Positions 45,376 to 55,886 are shown, counted from the first letter of the stretch. The stretch: 64,000 nucleotides of DNA from Candidatus Eiseniibacteriota bacterium (GCA_041483195.1 JBGPFC010000005.1:1-64000); one strand, 5' to 3'. Notes: a model not told the origin generated them from the sequence alone. Numbers and translations are program-made.

Positions 45376-47802
45376 GTGAAGCTGCCGATCTCCTGGCTGC
45401 GCGAATGGATCGAGCTGGACGCGACGGCGGAAGCCGTGGCGGACGCGCTCACCCGCCGCGGCTTCTACGTCGAGGGCATCGAGACCCACGGCCATGCGTA
45501 CCCGGGCGTCGTGGTCGCGCGCGTGATCGAGGTGAGCCGCCATCCGAACGCCGACCGCCTGTCGCTGTGCCGCGTGGACGGAGGCGCCGGCGAGCTGCAG
45601 GTGGTGTGCGGCGCGCCGAACGTGACGGCCGGAATGCTCGCTCCGCTCGCCACGGTGGGCGCGCGGCTTCCGAACGGCGTCGTGATCGGCGCCAGCAAGA
45701 TCCGCGGCGTGGAGAGCCAGGGCATGCTGTGCTCCCCGCGCGAGCTCGAGATGTCGGACGAGCACCAGGGCATCCTCGATCTGGTGGCGCATCTCGGCAG
45801 CGGCGAGGGCCTGACCGCGGGGCGTCCGCTCGATCAGCTGCTGGGCCCGGCCGAACAGGTGCTCGAAGTCGAGGTGCCGTTCAATCGCCCCGACGCGCTC
45901 GGCATCGTCGGACTCGCCCGCGAGGTCCGCGCGGCGCTCGACGGGCGCTGGACCGCCGCCGCGAGCGCGCGGCTCGCGAACCGCTGGCAGGGCCGCGCCG
46001 ACTTCGACCTCGAGCTGGAGGACGCGGAGGGTTGTCCGCGTTACCTCGCGCAGGTCGTCGAGGAGATCGAGGTGGTCCCCTCGCCGGCGTGGCTCCGGCG
46101 CCGCCTGGAATCCATGGGCCAGCGCGCGATCAACCTGATCGTGGATCTCACGAACTTCGTGCTGTTCGAGTACGGGCAGCCGCTCCACGCGTTCGACCTC
46201 GCCTCGCTGCGCGGCCCGGCGATCCGCGTGCGCCGCGCGCGGGCCGGCGAGCGCATCGTCACGCTCGACGCGAAGGATCGCGCGCTCGATCCGGAAGTGC
46301 TGGTGATCGCCGATCGAGAGCGTCCGGTCGCGATCGCGGGCGTCATGGGGGGCGCCGAGACCGAGGTGACGAGCGCGACGCGAACGCTGCTGCTCGAATG
46401 CGCGTGGTTCCACCCGCGGCGCATCCGCCGCGGCGCACGCGCGCTCGGTCTCGCCACCGAGGCCTCGAAGCGCTACGAGCGCGGCGTGGACCCCGAGATC
46501 GGGCCGGCCGCAGCGGCGCGCTTTCTCGCGCTGCTCAAGGAAACGCTGCCCGGCGTCCGGCCCGCCGCAGCGCGCGAGCGCAATACGCTCGACGGCAAAC
46601 GGCGAACGCTCACGCTGCGCCCTTCGCGCTGTACGCGGCTGCTGGGCCTCGCCGTCACCGCGCCCGAGATGAGGCGACACCTCGAGAGCTTCGAGTTCGC
46701 GGTCGAGGCCGGCGATCCGCTGCGCGTCACGGTGCCCCCGTGGCGCTCCGACATCGCGTTCGAGGACGACCTGGTCGAGGAGGTGGCGCGGGCGAACGGC
46801 TACGATCGCATCCCGGAAGCGCCGCTCGAGACGCGCGGCCGCTACGCGACGCGTTCCGCGCTCGAGCGCACGCTCGAAGCGGCGCGGGTCGCGATGCTGG
46901 CGCGCGGCCTCACCGAAGCCTGGACGACCTCGCTGCTCGGCGAACGCGAGGCGCTCACGACCGCCGGGCTGCTCGGCGAGGAACCCCGGCTGGTGCGCCT
47001 GCGAAATCCGATGAGCCGCGAGGGCGAGTGCCTGCGCCCGAGCCCGGTGGCCGGCCTGTTGCGCGCCTGCGCGCACAACCTCCGGCAGGGTCGCGCCGCC
47101 GTGCGACTCTTCGAAGTGGGGACCGGGTTCCGCGATCTCGGCGGGAAGCTTCCGGAGGAGCGACCCATGCTCGCGGCGCTGGTGACCGGCGCACCGGACG
47201 CGCACGCCCACGATCCGGCCCGGCCGCCGGTGGACTTCGAGCAGGCGAAGGGGCTGTGGGAGGCGTGGCTCGACGAGATGCGCGTTGACACCCCCCAATG
47301 GCGGACCTATTCTGCGCCCGGCTGGAAACCCGGTGCCAGCGCGGAGGTTGCAAGCGGCACTTCGCGCATTGGTTGGACGGGGACGCTGAGCCAGTCGCTG
47401 CTCCGTGAGTGGGACATCGAGGTCCCCGCGCGCCACGACGTTCATCTTTTCGTGGCGCTTCTGGAACCGCTCTCCCGTTCCGAGGCGGCGCGCCCTCGGG
47501 TCCTGCTCCCCGGGCGCTTCCCGCCGGTTCGTCGCGATGTCGCCTTCTTCGTTCCCGAACACGTGACCCATCGCGAAGTCGAACAGGCGCTGGCCGGCGC
47601 GGCCGGGGAGCGGCTGGCCTCGATCGAGGTGTTCGATGTCTACGCGGGTCCCGGCACGCCGAAGGGCATGAAAAGTCTCGCGTACGCGCTTCAGTTCCAG
47701 CATTCTGAGCGCACGTTGACGGAAGCCGAAGTTCAAACCATCCAGGATCGCATGACGGCGGCCGTGACCGCAGCGTGCGGCGGCCAATTGAGAGAACGAT
47801 GA
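45376..47802 (+). CDS. pheT: Phenylalanine--tRNA ligase beta subunit
   Basis: GTG start KLPISWLREW, HPNADRL, VVCGAPN, SQGMLCS, NRPD, GQPLHAFD and FPPVRRDVAF. Confidence 0.95.
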   Translation: MKLPISWLREWIELDATAEAVADALTRRGFYVEGIETHGHAYPGVVVARVIEVSRHPNADRLSLCRVDGGAGELQVVCGAPNVTAGMLAPLATVGARLPNGVVIGASKIRGVESQGMLCSPRELEMSDEHQGILDLVAHLGSGEGLTAGRPLDQLLGPAEQVLEVEVPFNRPDALGIVGLAREVRAALDGRWTAAASARLANRWQGRADFDLELEDAEGCPRYLAQVVEEIEVVPSPAWLRRRLESMGQRAINLIVDLTNFVLFEYGQPLHAFDLASLRGPAIRVRRARAGERIVTLDAKDRALDPEVLVIADRERPVAIAGVMGGAETEVTSATRTLLLECAWFHPRRIRRGARALGLATEASKRYERGVDPEIGPAAAARFLALLKETLPGVRPAAARERNTLDGKRRTLTLRPSRCTRLLGLAVTAPEMRRHLESFEFAVEAGDPLRVTVPPWRSDIAFEDDLVEEVARANGYDRIPEAPLETRGRYATRSALERTLEAARVAMLARGLTEAWTTSLLGEREALTTAGLLGEEPRLVRLRNPMSREGECLRPSPVAGLLRACAHNLRQGRAAVRLFEVGTGFRDLGGKLPEERPMLAALVTGAPDAHAHDPARPPVDFEQAKGLWEAWLDEMRVDTPQWRTYSAPGWKPGASAEVASGTSRIGWTGTLSQSLLREWDIEVPARHDVHLFVALLEPLSRSEAARPRVLLPGRFPPVRRDVAFFVPEHVTHREVEQALAGAAGERLASIEVFDVYAGPGTPKGMKSLAYALQFQHSERTLTEAEVQTIQDRMTAAVTAACGGQLRER
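47285..47313 (+). promoter_or_regulatory. Internal sigma-70-type promoter within pheT
   Basis: TTGACA-17 nt-TATTCT. Confidence 0.55.
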
Positions 47803-48098
47803 CCGAAACCCCTCAGCTGATGCAGAGCGATCTCGACCGGCTCGCCGAGCGCGTCGAGAAGGCGGCGGCGCTGGTGCAATCGCTCCGCGATGACCGCACG
47901 CGCCTCGAGCGCGAGCGCGACGAGGTCGCGCGTCGCATGCACGATCTCGAACAGAAGCTTCAGGGCCAGGACGCGTCGGCGCTCCTCCAGGAGCTGAGCG
48001 CGCTCAAGCGCGAGCAGCGGGAGTGGACGAGCGAGCGCCGCGACGTGGCCTCTCGAATCGAGTCGCTGGTCAAGAAGCTCGAGCGACTCGAGGGCTGA
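47799..48098 (+). CDS. Coiled-coil cell division protein, ZapB-like
   Basis: Heptad coiled coil (LDRLAERVEKA..RIESLVKKLE) between pheT and zapA. Confidence 0.7.
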   Translation: MTETPQLMQSDLDRLAERVEKAAALVQSLRDDRTRLERERDEVARRMHDLEQKLQGQDASALLQELSALKREQREWTSERRDVASRIESLVKKLERLEG

Positions 48099-48215
48099 AC
48101 CCTGCCCGCTCCGCGGCGCTCCGTGGCGAATCGGCCGCGGAGGGCGGGCGGAACCGGACAGGCCGACCACAACGACATCATGGAACGCAGGGAAACGCGG
48201 TGAAGCGAGGGTCCC

Positions 48216-48518
48216 ATGGACGCCAAGAATCTGGTCCAGGTCCAGATCTTCGGTCATAGCTACAGCATTCGCGGCGAAGCGGATCAGGCCTACATCCTGG
48301 AAGTCGCCGCGTACGTCGACCGCAAGATGCGCGAGATCACCGAGAAGCTCCCGGTGGCCTCGCTGTCCAAGGTGGCGATTCTCGCCTCTCTCAACATCGC
48401 AGACGAGCTGTTCAAGGAGCGCGCGCGCCAGCAGACCCAGTCGCAGCAGCTGACCCATCAGGCGGCGCGTCTCAACGCGGTCCTGGATCATTTGCTCGAG
48501 GACGGCCCATCGCGATGA
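48216..48518 (+). CDS. zapA: Cell division protein ZapA
   Basis: VQIFGHSYSI, VAAYVDRKM and AILASLNIADELF motifs. Confidence 0.92.
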   Translation: MDAKNLVQVQIFGHSYSIRGEADQAYILEVAAYVDRKMREITEKLPVASLSKVAILASLNIADELFKERARQQTQSQQLTHQAARLNAVLDHLLEDGPSR

Positions 48519-48550
48519 TGGGAGGATCGTAGCCAGCAGCCTCACCGTGT

Positions 48551-48740
48551 AATCCCTGCCGTGCTCGTGATGCCACAACGTTCTTGAACCAACACTTTCG
48601 TTCAGGGTGATCCGGTGGCCGGCGACGTCGAGCCGCGGCTCCCGCGAGGGAACGCGGAGGACCGACCCGGTCGTAAGGAGCACCCACCTGGCTCGCCAGG
48701 TCTCAAGAACGAGCGGGCACACGGCAATTCGGCGGGGAGT
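48551..48740 (+). ncRNA. ssrS: 6S RNA
   Basis: About 190 nt between zapA and rny. Closing stem TCCCTGCCG/CGGCGGGGA, internal CGTTCTTGA/TCAAGAACG pairing, and the conserved genomic position. Confidence 0.85.
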
Positions 48741-48796
48741 TGTTCCCTGCCTGCGGCCCCGGGGCGTTCGCGCTCCGGGGCGCGGGGGAGATCGGA

Positions 48797-50359
48797 ATGA
48801 ACAACCTCACCTGGATCGGCGGCATCGCCATCGGTGCCGTCTTGGCGTTTGCGGCGGGCTACCTGCTCCGCGCGCGGCTGGGACGTCTCAAGCTGGACAG
48901 CGCCGAGCGGCAGGCGCGCGGACTGCTCGAGCAGGCGGCGCGCGACGCCGAGGGCGTGAAGCGCAACGCGGTGCTCGAAGGCCGCGAGGAGGCGCTGCGG
49001 CACAAGCAGCAGGTCGAGCGCGAGACCCAGGCGGCGCGCGGCACCCAGCTCGCGGCCGAACGGGCGTTCCAGGAGAAGGAAGCGGCCTTCAATCGGCGCG
49101 TCGAGCTGATCGAGAAGAAGGACCGCGACCAGAAGCGCGTCGAGCAGGAGATCGCAGCGCGCGAGCAGGCGGTGTCCCGCCGCAACGGCGATCTCGACCG
49201 GCTGATCGGCGAGCAGACCACGCGCCTCGAGAAGATCGCGGGGCTCAGCGCGGACGAGGCGCGGGCGCAACTGCTCGCGAGCATCGAGAGCGAGGCGCGG
49301 GCGGAGGCCTCGCGGCTGGTCGCCGAGGTGCGCGACAGCGCGCAGCGCAACGCGGAGCGTGAGGCGCGAAAGATCATCACGCTCGCCATCCAGCGCTTCG
49401 CCGCCGATCACGCCTCCGAATCGTCGGTGTCCGTGGTCCATCTGCCGAGCGACGACATGAAGGGCCGCATCATCGGTCGCGAGGGCCGCAACATCCGCTC
49501 GTTCGAGATCATCACCGGGGTGGACGTCATCATCGACGACACGCCGGAGGCCGTGATCCTCTCGGGCTTCGACCCGGTGCGCCGCGAGATCGCGCGGCTG
49601 GCCCTCGAGCGGCTGGTCGCCGACGGCCGGATCCACCCCGCGCGCATCGAGGAGGTCGTGGCCAAGGTGCGGACCGAGGTCGAGAACAAGATCCGCGAGC
49701 TGGGCGAGATGGCCTGCCTCGAGGTCGGCGTTCACGGTATCCACGCGGAGCTGCAGAACACCCTGGGCCGGCTCCACTACCGCACGTCGTACGGGCAGAA
49801 CATCCTGCGCCACTCGATCGAGGTCGCGCACCTCGCGGGGATGATGGCGGCCGAGATCGGCATGGACCAGAAGATGGCGAAGCGCGGCGGGCTGATGCAC
49901 GACATCGGCAAGGCGATCGACCACGACCACGAGGGGACGCATCCGGCGCTCGGCATGGAGCTGGCCGCCCGTTTCGGCGAGCCCCAGCCGGTGCTCGAGG
50001 CGATCGGCTATCACCACGACGACTACTCGGGCGGCAGCCTGTGGCCGGTGCTGATCTCGGCGGCCGACGCGATCTCGGGCGCTCGCCCCGGCGCCCGGCG
50101 CGAGAGCCTCGAGATCTACATCAAGCGCCTCGAGGCGCTCGAGAAGATCGCGAACGGTTTCCCGGGCGTCGAAAAGTCGTACGCGATCCAGGCCGGGCGC
50201 GAAGTGCGCATCATGGTCGAGCACGGCCGGGTGGACGATGCGCGCGCCCAGGGGCTCGCGAGCGAGATCGCGCGCCGGATCGAGAAGGAGCTCCAGTATC
50301 CGGGCCAGATCCGCGTGACCGTGATCCGCGAAACGCGCGCCGTGGACTACGCGAAGTAG
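48797..50359 (+). CDS. rny: Ribonuclease Y
   Basis: N-terminal TM helix and coiled coil, KH domain [16 protein letters not shown] domain [15 protein letters not shown]. Confidence 0.97.
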   Translation: MNNLTWIGGIAIGAVLAFAAGYLLRARLGRLKLDSAERQARGLLEQAARDAEGVKRNAVLEGREEALRHKQQVERETQAARGTQLAAERAFQEKEAAFNRRVELIEKKDRDQKRVEQEIAAREQAVSRRNGDLDRLIGEQTTRLEKIAGLSADEARAQLLASIESEARAEASRLVAEVRDSAQRNAEREARKIITLAIQRFAADHASESSVSVVHLPSDDMKGRIIGREGRNIRSFEIITGVDVIIDDTPEAVILSGFDPVRREIARLALERLVADGRIHPARIEEVVAKVRTEVENKIRELGEMACLEVGVHGIHAELQNTLGRLHYRTSYGQNILRHSIEVAHLAGMMAAEIGMDQKMAKRGGLMHDIGKAIDHDHEGTHPALGMELAARFGEPQPVLEAIGYHHDDYSGGSLWPVLISAADAISGARPGARRESLEIYIKRLEALEKIANGFPGVEKSYAIQAGREVRIMVEHGRVDDARAQGLASEIARRIEKELQYPGQIRVTVIRETRAVDYAK

Positions 50360-50365
50360 GCGCGC

Positions 50366-52051
50366 GTGCTCAATCTCCTCTTCATCGCCGACGTCATCGG
50401 CTCGCCGGGCCGCGAGGTGGTCCGCGCGCTGCTGCCCGGGCTGCGCCGCAGGCACGACATCCACCTGGTGATCTGCAACGCCGAGAACTCGGCGGCCGGA
50501 TTCGGAGTCACCCGCGACGTGGCGCGCGAGCTGTTCGACTCCGGCATCGACGTGCTCACCGGCGGCAACCATCTGTGGGACAAGAAGGACTCGATGGACT
50601 ACCTCGCCGATGAGCCGCGACTGGTGAGGCCCGCGAATCTTCCTCCGGGCACGCCGGGCGAGGGCTATCGCGTGTTCAAGGCGGCCGACGGCACGCCGGT
50701 GGCGGTGGTGAATCTCCTGGGCCGCGTCTTCATGAAAGAGGCGGACTGTCCGTTCCGGGCGATGGACCGGGTGCTCGCCGCGCTCAAGGATCAGTGCAAG
50801 GTCGTCGTCGTCGACTTCCACGCCGAGACCACCGCCGAGAAGGCGGCGATGGGCTGGCACCTCGACGGCCGCGCGAGCGCCGTGCTCGGCACCCACACCC
50901 ACGTCCAGACCGCGGATGATCGCGTGCTGCCGAACGGCACGGCGTTCATCTGCGACGCGGGCATGACGGGCGGATTCGAATCGGTGATCGGGATGGACCG
51001 TCACGCCGCGCTGCGGCGGTTTCTGACGCTGCTGCCCGAGCGTCTCACGCCGGCGGGCGGCGATCCGCGCTTCAACGGCGTCGTGTTGCGGATCGATCCG
51101 GCGACCGGCCGCGCGCACTCGATCGAACGCCTCCAGATCCCGCACGCGCCCCCGCCGAAGGACGGCGCCCGCCGCCTGAGCGGAGAAGAACCGGCGATCG
51201 CGGTGCGGTACGCGGCGCGGCTCGAGGTCGAGCAGCTGATCACGGCCGGGGTCACGCCCGCGCTGGCGCTGATCTCGGTGGGCGAGGATCCCGCATCGAG
51301 GATCTACCTCAAGCGCAAGGCCGAGGCCTGCGCCGAGGTGGGGATCGCGGTCCGCCGCGTCTCGATCGAGGCCGGCGCCGACACCGCGGGCGTGATCGAG
51401 CGGGTGCGCGCGCTGGGCGCCAATCCGGACGTGCACGGCATCCTGATCCAGCTCCCGCTCGCTCCGCCCCTGGACCCGCGGGCAGTGCTCGAAGCCATCC
51501 CGCCCGGCAAGGACGTCGATGGATTCCATCCGGTCAACGCCGGCGCGCTCGCGCTCGGGCTGCCGGGATTCGTGCCGGCGACGCCGCGCGGCATCCTCGA
51601 GCTGCTGCGCTACCACCAGATCCCGCTCGCCGGAAAACACGCGGTGGTGCTGGGCCGCAGCAACATCGTGGGGCGGCCGCTCGCGACGCTGTTGTCGAGC
51701 CGCGGCGTCGACATGACGGTCACGCTCGGTCACAGCGCGAGCGGCCTCGCGCTCCCCGCGTTGGCGCGCGAGGCCGACGTGCTGGTGGCCGCGATCGGCC
51801 GGCCCGAGTTCGTCACCGCGGACTGGGTGAAACCCGGCGCGACCGTGGTGGACGTGGGCATGCATCGCGTGCCGTCGCCGGACGATCGCCGCGGCACTCG
51901 CCTCACCGGCGACGTCGACGCGGCTGCGGTCGCGCGGGTCGCGGGGGCGCTCACCCCGGTCCCGGGCGGAGTGGGGCCCATGACGGTCGCGATGGTGGTC
52001 GCGAACACCGTGCTGGCCGCACAGCGTCAGGCCGCCGCCGCGAAGGTGTGA
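50366..52051 (+). CDS. ymdB-folD: Fusion: YmdB-family metallophosphoesterase + FolD (methylenetetrahydrofolate dehydrogenase/cyclohydrolase)
   Basis: N-half NAEN, TGGNHLWD, DFHAETTAEK, GTHTHV and DAGMTG. C-half IYLKRK, ILIQLPL, KDVDGFHP, GRSNIVGRP and TPVPGGVGPMT. Single frame. Confidence 0.9.
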   Translation: MLNLLFIADVIGSPGREVVRALLPGLRRRHDIHLVICNAENSAAGFGVTRDVARELFDSGIDVLTGGNHLWDKKDSMDYLADEPRLVRPANLPPGTPGEGYRVFKAADGTPVAVVNLLGRVFMKEADCPFRAMDRVLAALKDQCKVVVVDFHAETTAEKAAMGWHLDGRASAVLGTHTHVQTADDRVLPNGTAFICDAGMTGGFESVIGMDRHAALRRFLTLLPERLTPAGGDPRFNGVVLRIDPATGRAHSIERLQIPHAPPPKDGARRLSGEEPAIAVRYAARLEVEQLITAGVTPALALISVGEDPASRIYLKRKAEACAEVGIAVRRVSIEAGADTAGVIERVRALGANPDVHGILIQLPLAPPLDPRAVLEAIPPGKDVDGFHPVNAGALALGLPGFVPATPRGILELLRYHQIPLAGKHAVVLGRSNIVGRPLATLLSSRGVDMTVTLGHSASGLALPALAREADVLVAAIGRPEFVTADWVKPGATVVDVGMHRVPSPDDRRGTRLTGDVDAAAVARVAGALTPVPGGVGPMTVAMVVANTVLAAQRQAAAAKV

Positions 52052-52659
52052 GGGCTGCGCACGATTCGCAGGAGGTCGCCGTGGCGAAGCTGATCCGCCG
52101 CATACTCGACGCGCCGCCGCGCGCACGCTCGCGTGAGGCGGCGCGCTTCGTGTGGCAGCTCGACGACCAGAGCCGCCGCCTGCTGCTCGACGTGCGGGGC
52201 GCATCGCCCGAGGAGCTGGAGTGGCAGCCCGCGCCCGGCATGAACACGATCGGCATGCTGCTGCTCCACATCGCGCTCACCGAGATCGCGTGGGTGCGGA
52301 TCGGGTTGTGCGGCGCGACCGAATACCACGCGCACGGCGTGATCCGCGCGCCGTTCGACCAGAGCGGCGTTCCGCTTCCGCCGGATGGACGTCTGCCCGC
52401 GCAGCTCGCGGGGAAGAACCTCGGCTTCTTCCGGCGAAAGCTCGCCGTCGCCCGCGCGCACACCAGGCGCGTGGTCGCGCCGCTTCGCGACCGCGATCTC
52501 GGCGCGCGCTTCCGGGTGCCGGCGTTCTGGTCCCGCGAAACCCGCTTCGAGGGAAACGCGCGCTGGATGCTGTATCACGTGCTCGAGCACGAAGCCGGGC
52601 ACTACGGCCAGATCAACCTCCTGCGTCATCTGTACGCGGCGTCGCGTCGCGGACGCTGA
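52048..52659 (+). CDS. DinB/DUF664-family protein
   Basis: NTIGMLLLHIA..E and WMLYHVLEHEAGHYGQI motifs. Confidence 0.8.
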   Translation: MRAAHDSQEVAVAKLIRRILDAPPRARSREAARFVWQLDDQSRRLLLDVRGASPEELEWQPAPGMNTIGMLLLHIALTEIAWVRIGLCGATEYHAHGVIRAPFDQSGVPLPPDGRLPAQLAGKNLGFFRRKLAVARAHTRRVVAPLRDRDLGARFRVPAFWSRETRFEGNARWMLYHVLEHEAGHYGQINLLRHLYAASRRGR

Positions 52660-52663
52660 ACCC

Positions 52664-54031
52664 ATGTCGCTCGCCCCGGCTCCGGAGACCATTCTCAGCG
52701 TCGCGGCGCTGACGCGCCTCATCAAGGACACGCTGGCCGGCGCGTTCCCCGCGGTATGGGTGAAGGGCGAGCTCTCGGGGTTCAAGCGTTCCGATCGCGG
52801 GCATCTCTACTTCGCGCTCAAGGACGGCAAGGACGCCGTGCTCGATTGCGTGATGTGGAGCCGGACCGCTGCGCGTCTCGGGTTCGAGCCGCGCGACGGC
52901 GACGCGATCGAGGCGTTCGGCGCCGTGACCGTCTACGAGCCGCGCGGACGCTACCAGCTGGTGGTCGACGAGATGCGCGCGAGCGGGCTGGGCGCGCTGC
53001 TGGTCGCGCTCGAGGAGCTCAAGCAGAAGCTCGCGGCCGAGGGGCTCTTCGAAGCCGCGCGCAAGAAGCCGCTGCCGCGTTACCCCGCCCGGATCGGGAT
53101 CGTCACCTCGCCGGTCGGAGCGGCGGTGCGCGACCTGGTGAAGGTCCTGCGCGCGCGCTGGCCATCGATCGCGATCGTGCTCGCCCCGGTGCGGGTGCAG
53201 GGGGAGGGCGCGGCGGAAGAGATCGCGGCGGCCATCGAGCGCTTCAACCGTTACGCGAGGGTGGACCTGCTGGTGGTGGGCCGCGGCGGCGGCTCCCTCG
53301 AGGATCTGTGGGCGTTCAACGAGGAGCGCGTGGTGCGCGCGGTCGCGGCCTCCGCGATCCCGGTGATCGCGGCGGTGGGGCACGAGGTGGACTGGACGCT
53401 CACCGATCTCGCCGCCGACCTCCGCGCCGCGACGCCATCGAACGCTGGCGAGATCGCCGTGCGCGATCGCGCCGACGTGATCCACCGGGTGGAGGCGCTC
53501 GCCGCGCGCTCCGGGCGCGCGATGCGCCAGGGCCTCGCCGATCGGCGCGCGCGCCTCAGGCGGCTCGTCGATCAGTACGGATTCCGCCGCCAGCGCGACG
53601 CGCTCGGGTTCCTGCAGCAGCGGATCGACCACGCGCTCGAGCGCATCGGCCCCGCGATCCGCGCACGGCTGCGCGCCGCCGCCGAGTGGCTCCGGCGCGT
53701 GAAGCAGAGCTACGGCCTGCGCGAGTGGCCCCGCACGCTCTCCGAGCGGCGGGCGCGCATCGGCGAGCGGCGCTCGGCGCTCACCGCGCGCCTGGTGGCC
53801 GCCATGCATGGGCGCCGCACCCTGCTCGCCGGGTACCGGGACCGGCTCCGCGCGCTCTCGCCCCGGCTGGTTCTCGAACGGGGCTTTTGCATCGCGCGGG
53901 CCGCGGACGGTACCCTGCTGCGCGCGGCCGAGGCGCTCGCGGTCGGCGAGCGCGTGTCGCTGGAGTTCGCGCGCGGGGAAGCGGACGCGCGCATCGAGGC
54001 GATCCGTCCGGGAGGAACACATGGCAGCTGA
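52664..54031 (+). CDS. xseA: Exodeoxyribonuclease VII large subunit
   Basis: VWVKGELS, GHLYFALKD, RGGGSLEDLWAFNEE, VGHEVD and AATPS motifs. Confidence 0.95.
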   Translation: MSLAPAPETILSVAALTRLIKDTLAGAFPAVWVKGELSGFKRSDRGHLYFALKDGKDAVLDCVMWSRTAARLGFEPRDGDAIEAFGAVTVYEPRGRYQLVVDEMRASGLGALLVALEELKQKLAAEGLFEAARKKPLPRYPARIGIVTSPVGAAVRDLVKVLRARWPSIAIVLAPVRVQGEGAAEEIAAAIERFNRYARVDLLVVGRGGGSLEDLWAFNEERVVRAVAASAIPVIAAVGHEVDWTLTDLAADLRAATPSNAGEIAVRDRADVIHRVEALAARSGRAMRQGLADRRARLRRLVDQYGFRRQRDALGFLQQRIDHALERIGPAIRARLRAAAEWLRRVKQSYGLREWPRTLSERRARIGERRSALTARLVAAMHGRRTLLAGYRDRLRALSPRLVLERGFCIARAADGTLLRAAEALAVGERVSLEFARGEADARIEAIRPGGTHGS

Positions 54032-54332
54032 GAACGAGGCCGCGCAGGCCGGCGAGGCGGGAAGCGTCGAGGGGCTCACCTTCGAGGAGGCGATGGACCG
54101 TCTCGAGAGCATCGTCGAGGAGCTGGAGGGCGGCGCGCTGACGCTCGAGCAATCGATCGCGCGATACGAGATGGGCGTCAAGCTCTCGCAGCGTCTCACC
54201 CAGACCCTGGATCAGGCGGAGAAGAAGATCGAGAAGCTGGTCGAGGGCGATGACGAAGCGCCGGCCACCCAACCGATGGAGCTCGAGCTCAAGCATCCGG
54301 AGCCCGGGTCCGAGGGCGAGCTTCCGTTTTGA
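54021..54332 (+). CDS. xseB: Exodeoxyribonuclease VII small subunit
   Basis: TFEEAMDRLESIVEELEGG..LEQSIARYE; GGAGG RBS. Confidence 0.92.
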   Translation: MAAENEAAQAGEAGSVEGLTFEEAMDRLESIVEELEGGALTLEQSIARYEMGVKLSQRLTQTLDQAEKKIEKLVEGDDEAPATQPMELELKHPEPGSEGELPF

Positions 54333-55306
54333 GACGCCCCGCCCGGAGCCGCGCGCTCCGCGCGGGTTCGCGGCGCGCGGCCCGCGCGGGCGCCAGCTCC
54401 CGGGGCGTGCCCCGCCCGCCCGCGACCCGCGATGCGCTCGACCGGCGGCGGCGCGCGTTCGAGCGCTACTTCGACCGGGCGATCCGCGCGCGCTGCGGCG
54501 CGCCCGGAACGCTCGGCCGCGCGATCCGCTACGCCGCGCTCTCGCCCGGAAAGCGCCTGCGCCCGCTGCTGGTGCTCGCGGCCTGCGAGGCGGTCGGGGG
54601 GAGATGGCGCAACGCGCTCCCGGCCGCGGCCGCCGTGGAATGCGTGCACGCGTTCTCGCTGGTCCACGACGACCTGCCCGCGATGGACGACGACGACTAC
54701 CGGCGCGGGCGCCTGACGACCCACCGCAAGTTCGGAGAGGCGATCGGGATTCTGGCCGGCGACGCGCTGGCCGCGTTCGCTTTCGAGGAGCTGACCCGCC
54801 TCGATCGTGGCGGCGTCTCCGCGTCCCGCGTGGTCGCAGCTTCGCGCCTGCTCGCGCACGCGAGCGGGGGAGCGCAGCTGATCGGGGGCCAGGCGCTCGA
54901 CATCGCCGGCGAGCGGCGGCCGGCGGGCCGGGCCGCGGTGCGCGCGATCCACGAGCGCAAGACCGGCGCGTTGTTCGGAGCCTCGCTGGCGCTGGGCGCG
55001 CTCGCCGGCGGCGCGCCGCCGCGCGAGGTGCGGGCGCTCGAGCGCGCCGGCCGCGCGCTCGGCCTCGCGTTCCAGATCCACGACGACCTGTTGAACGCGG
55101 GCTCGACGCTCGCGCGACTGGGGAAGCGGGCCGGCACCGACGCCGCCCGCGGCAAGGCGACCTATCCGCGGGCGGTCGGCGACGAGCGCGCGCGGCGCGA
55201 CATGGCCCGGCTGCTCGGCCGCGTGCGCTCGCAGGTCGCGCGGCGCGGGGCGCGTGCCGCGCAGCTCACGCGGCTGATCGAAGCAGTCGCGGCGCGCGAG
55301 CGCTGA
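54329..55306 (+). CDS. ispA: Polyprenyl (farnesyl) diphosphate synthase
   Basis: GKRLRP, HDDLPAMDDDDYRRG, GQALD, KTGALF, FQIHDDL and GKATYP motifs. Start uncertain. Confidence 0.9.
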   Translation: MRRPARSRALRAGSRRAARAGASSRGVPRPPATRDALDRRRRAFERYFDRAIRARCGAPGTLGRAIRYAALSPGKRLRPLLVLAACEAVGGRWRNALPAAAAVECVHAFSLVHDDLPAMDDDDYRRGRLTTHRKFGEAIGILAGDALAAFAFEELTRLDRGGVSASRVVAASRLLAHASGGAQLIGGQALDIAGERRPAGRAAVRAIHERKTGALFGASLALGALAGGAPPREVRALERAGRALGLAFQIHDDLLNAGSTLARLGKRAGTDAARGKATYPRAVGDERARRDMARLLGRVRSQVARRGARAAQLTRLIEAVAARER

Positions 55307-55379
55307 ACGCGGAGCGCGCCGCACCCGCGGCGCGCCCCACCACGCACGCCGCGACCCGCGCCGCGGCGCGCGGCCATCG

Positions 55380-55886
55380 TCACCCGATCTGCAGCTCGGC
55401 CTCGATCGCCGTGCGCGCGGCGTCCGTCCCCGCCCGCGGGGCGGTGATCGCCTGGAGCGTGTCGAGCACATCCTTCGCGAGCAAGCCGCGCTGCGACCGC
55501 CCCGGCACATCGGAGGGGACCCGCACCAGGTCGTTGATCGAAAGCATGCCCTGGAGCGACCCGGCACGATCCACCACCGGCAGGCGCCGCACGCGCCGGG
55601 ACTTCATGATCTCCAGCGCCGCGTGCACGTCCTGCTGCGGATGCACCGTGTGGAGCGCCTCCGAGACGACGTCGCCCACCATGATCTCCTCCGCGCGACG
55701 ATGGCGCGTCGCCACCGCCATGCAGATGTCGCGGTCGGTGATCACCCCGACCACCTTGCCGCCCGCCGCTTCCGTCACCGGCACCGCCCCGCAGTCGTTT
55801 CGCCACATGATCATGGCGGCGGCCGCGAGATCGGTGTCGCGCGAGCAGGACTCTGCGCGTTTCCTCATGACCTCTTCGACCTTCAT
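55380..55886 (-). CDS. CBS-domain protein
   Basis: Two CBS repeats (CGAVPV..GVITDRDI; VRRLPVV..GMLSINDL); AGGAGG RBS. Confidence 0.9.
   Translation of the reverse strand: MKVEEVMRKRAESCSRDTDLAAAAMIMWRNDCGAVPVTEAAGGKVVGVITDRDICMAVATRHRRAEEIMVGDVVSEALHTVHPQQDVHAALEIMKSRRVRRLPVVDRAGSLQGMLSINDLVRVPSDVPGRSQRGLLAKDVLDTLQAITAPRAGTDAARTAIEAELQIG

Noticed and set aside
48602..52204. 1200-aa minus-strand ORF
   Set aside because: Antisense shadow of rny and ymdB-folD; Arg/Ala-rich with no domain signature.
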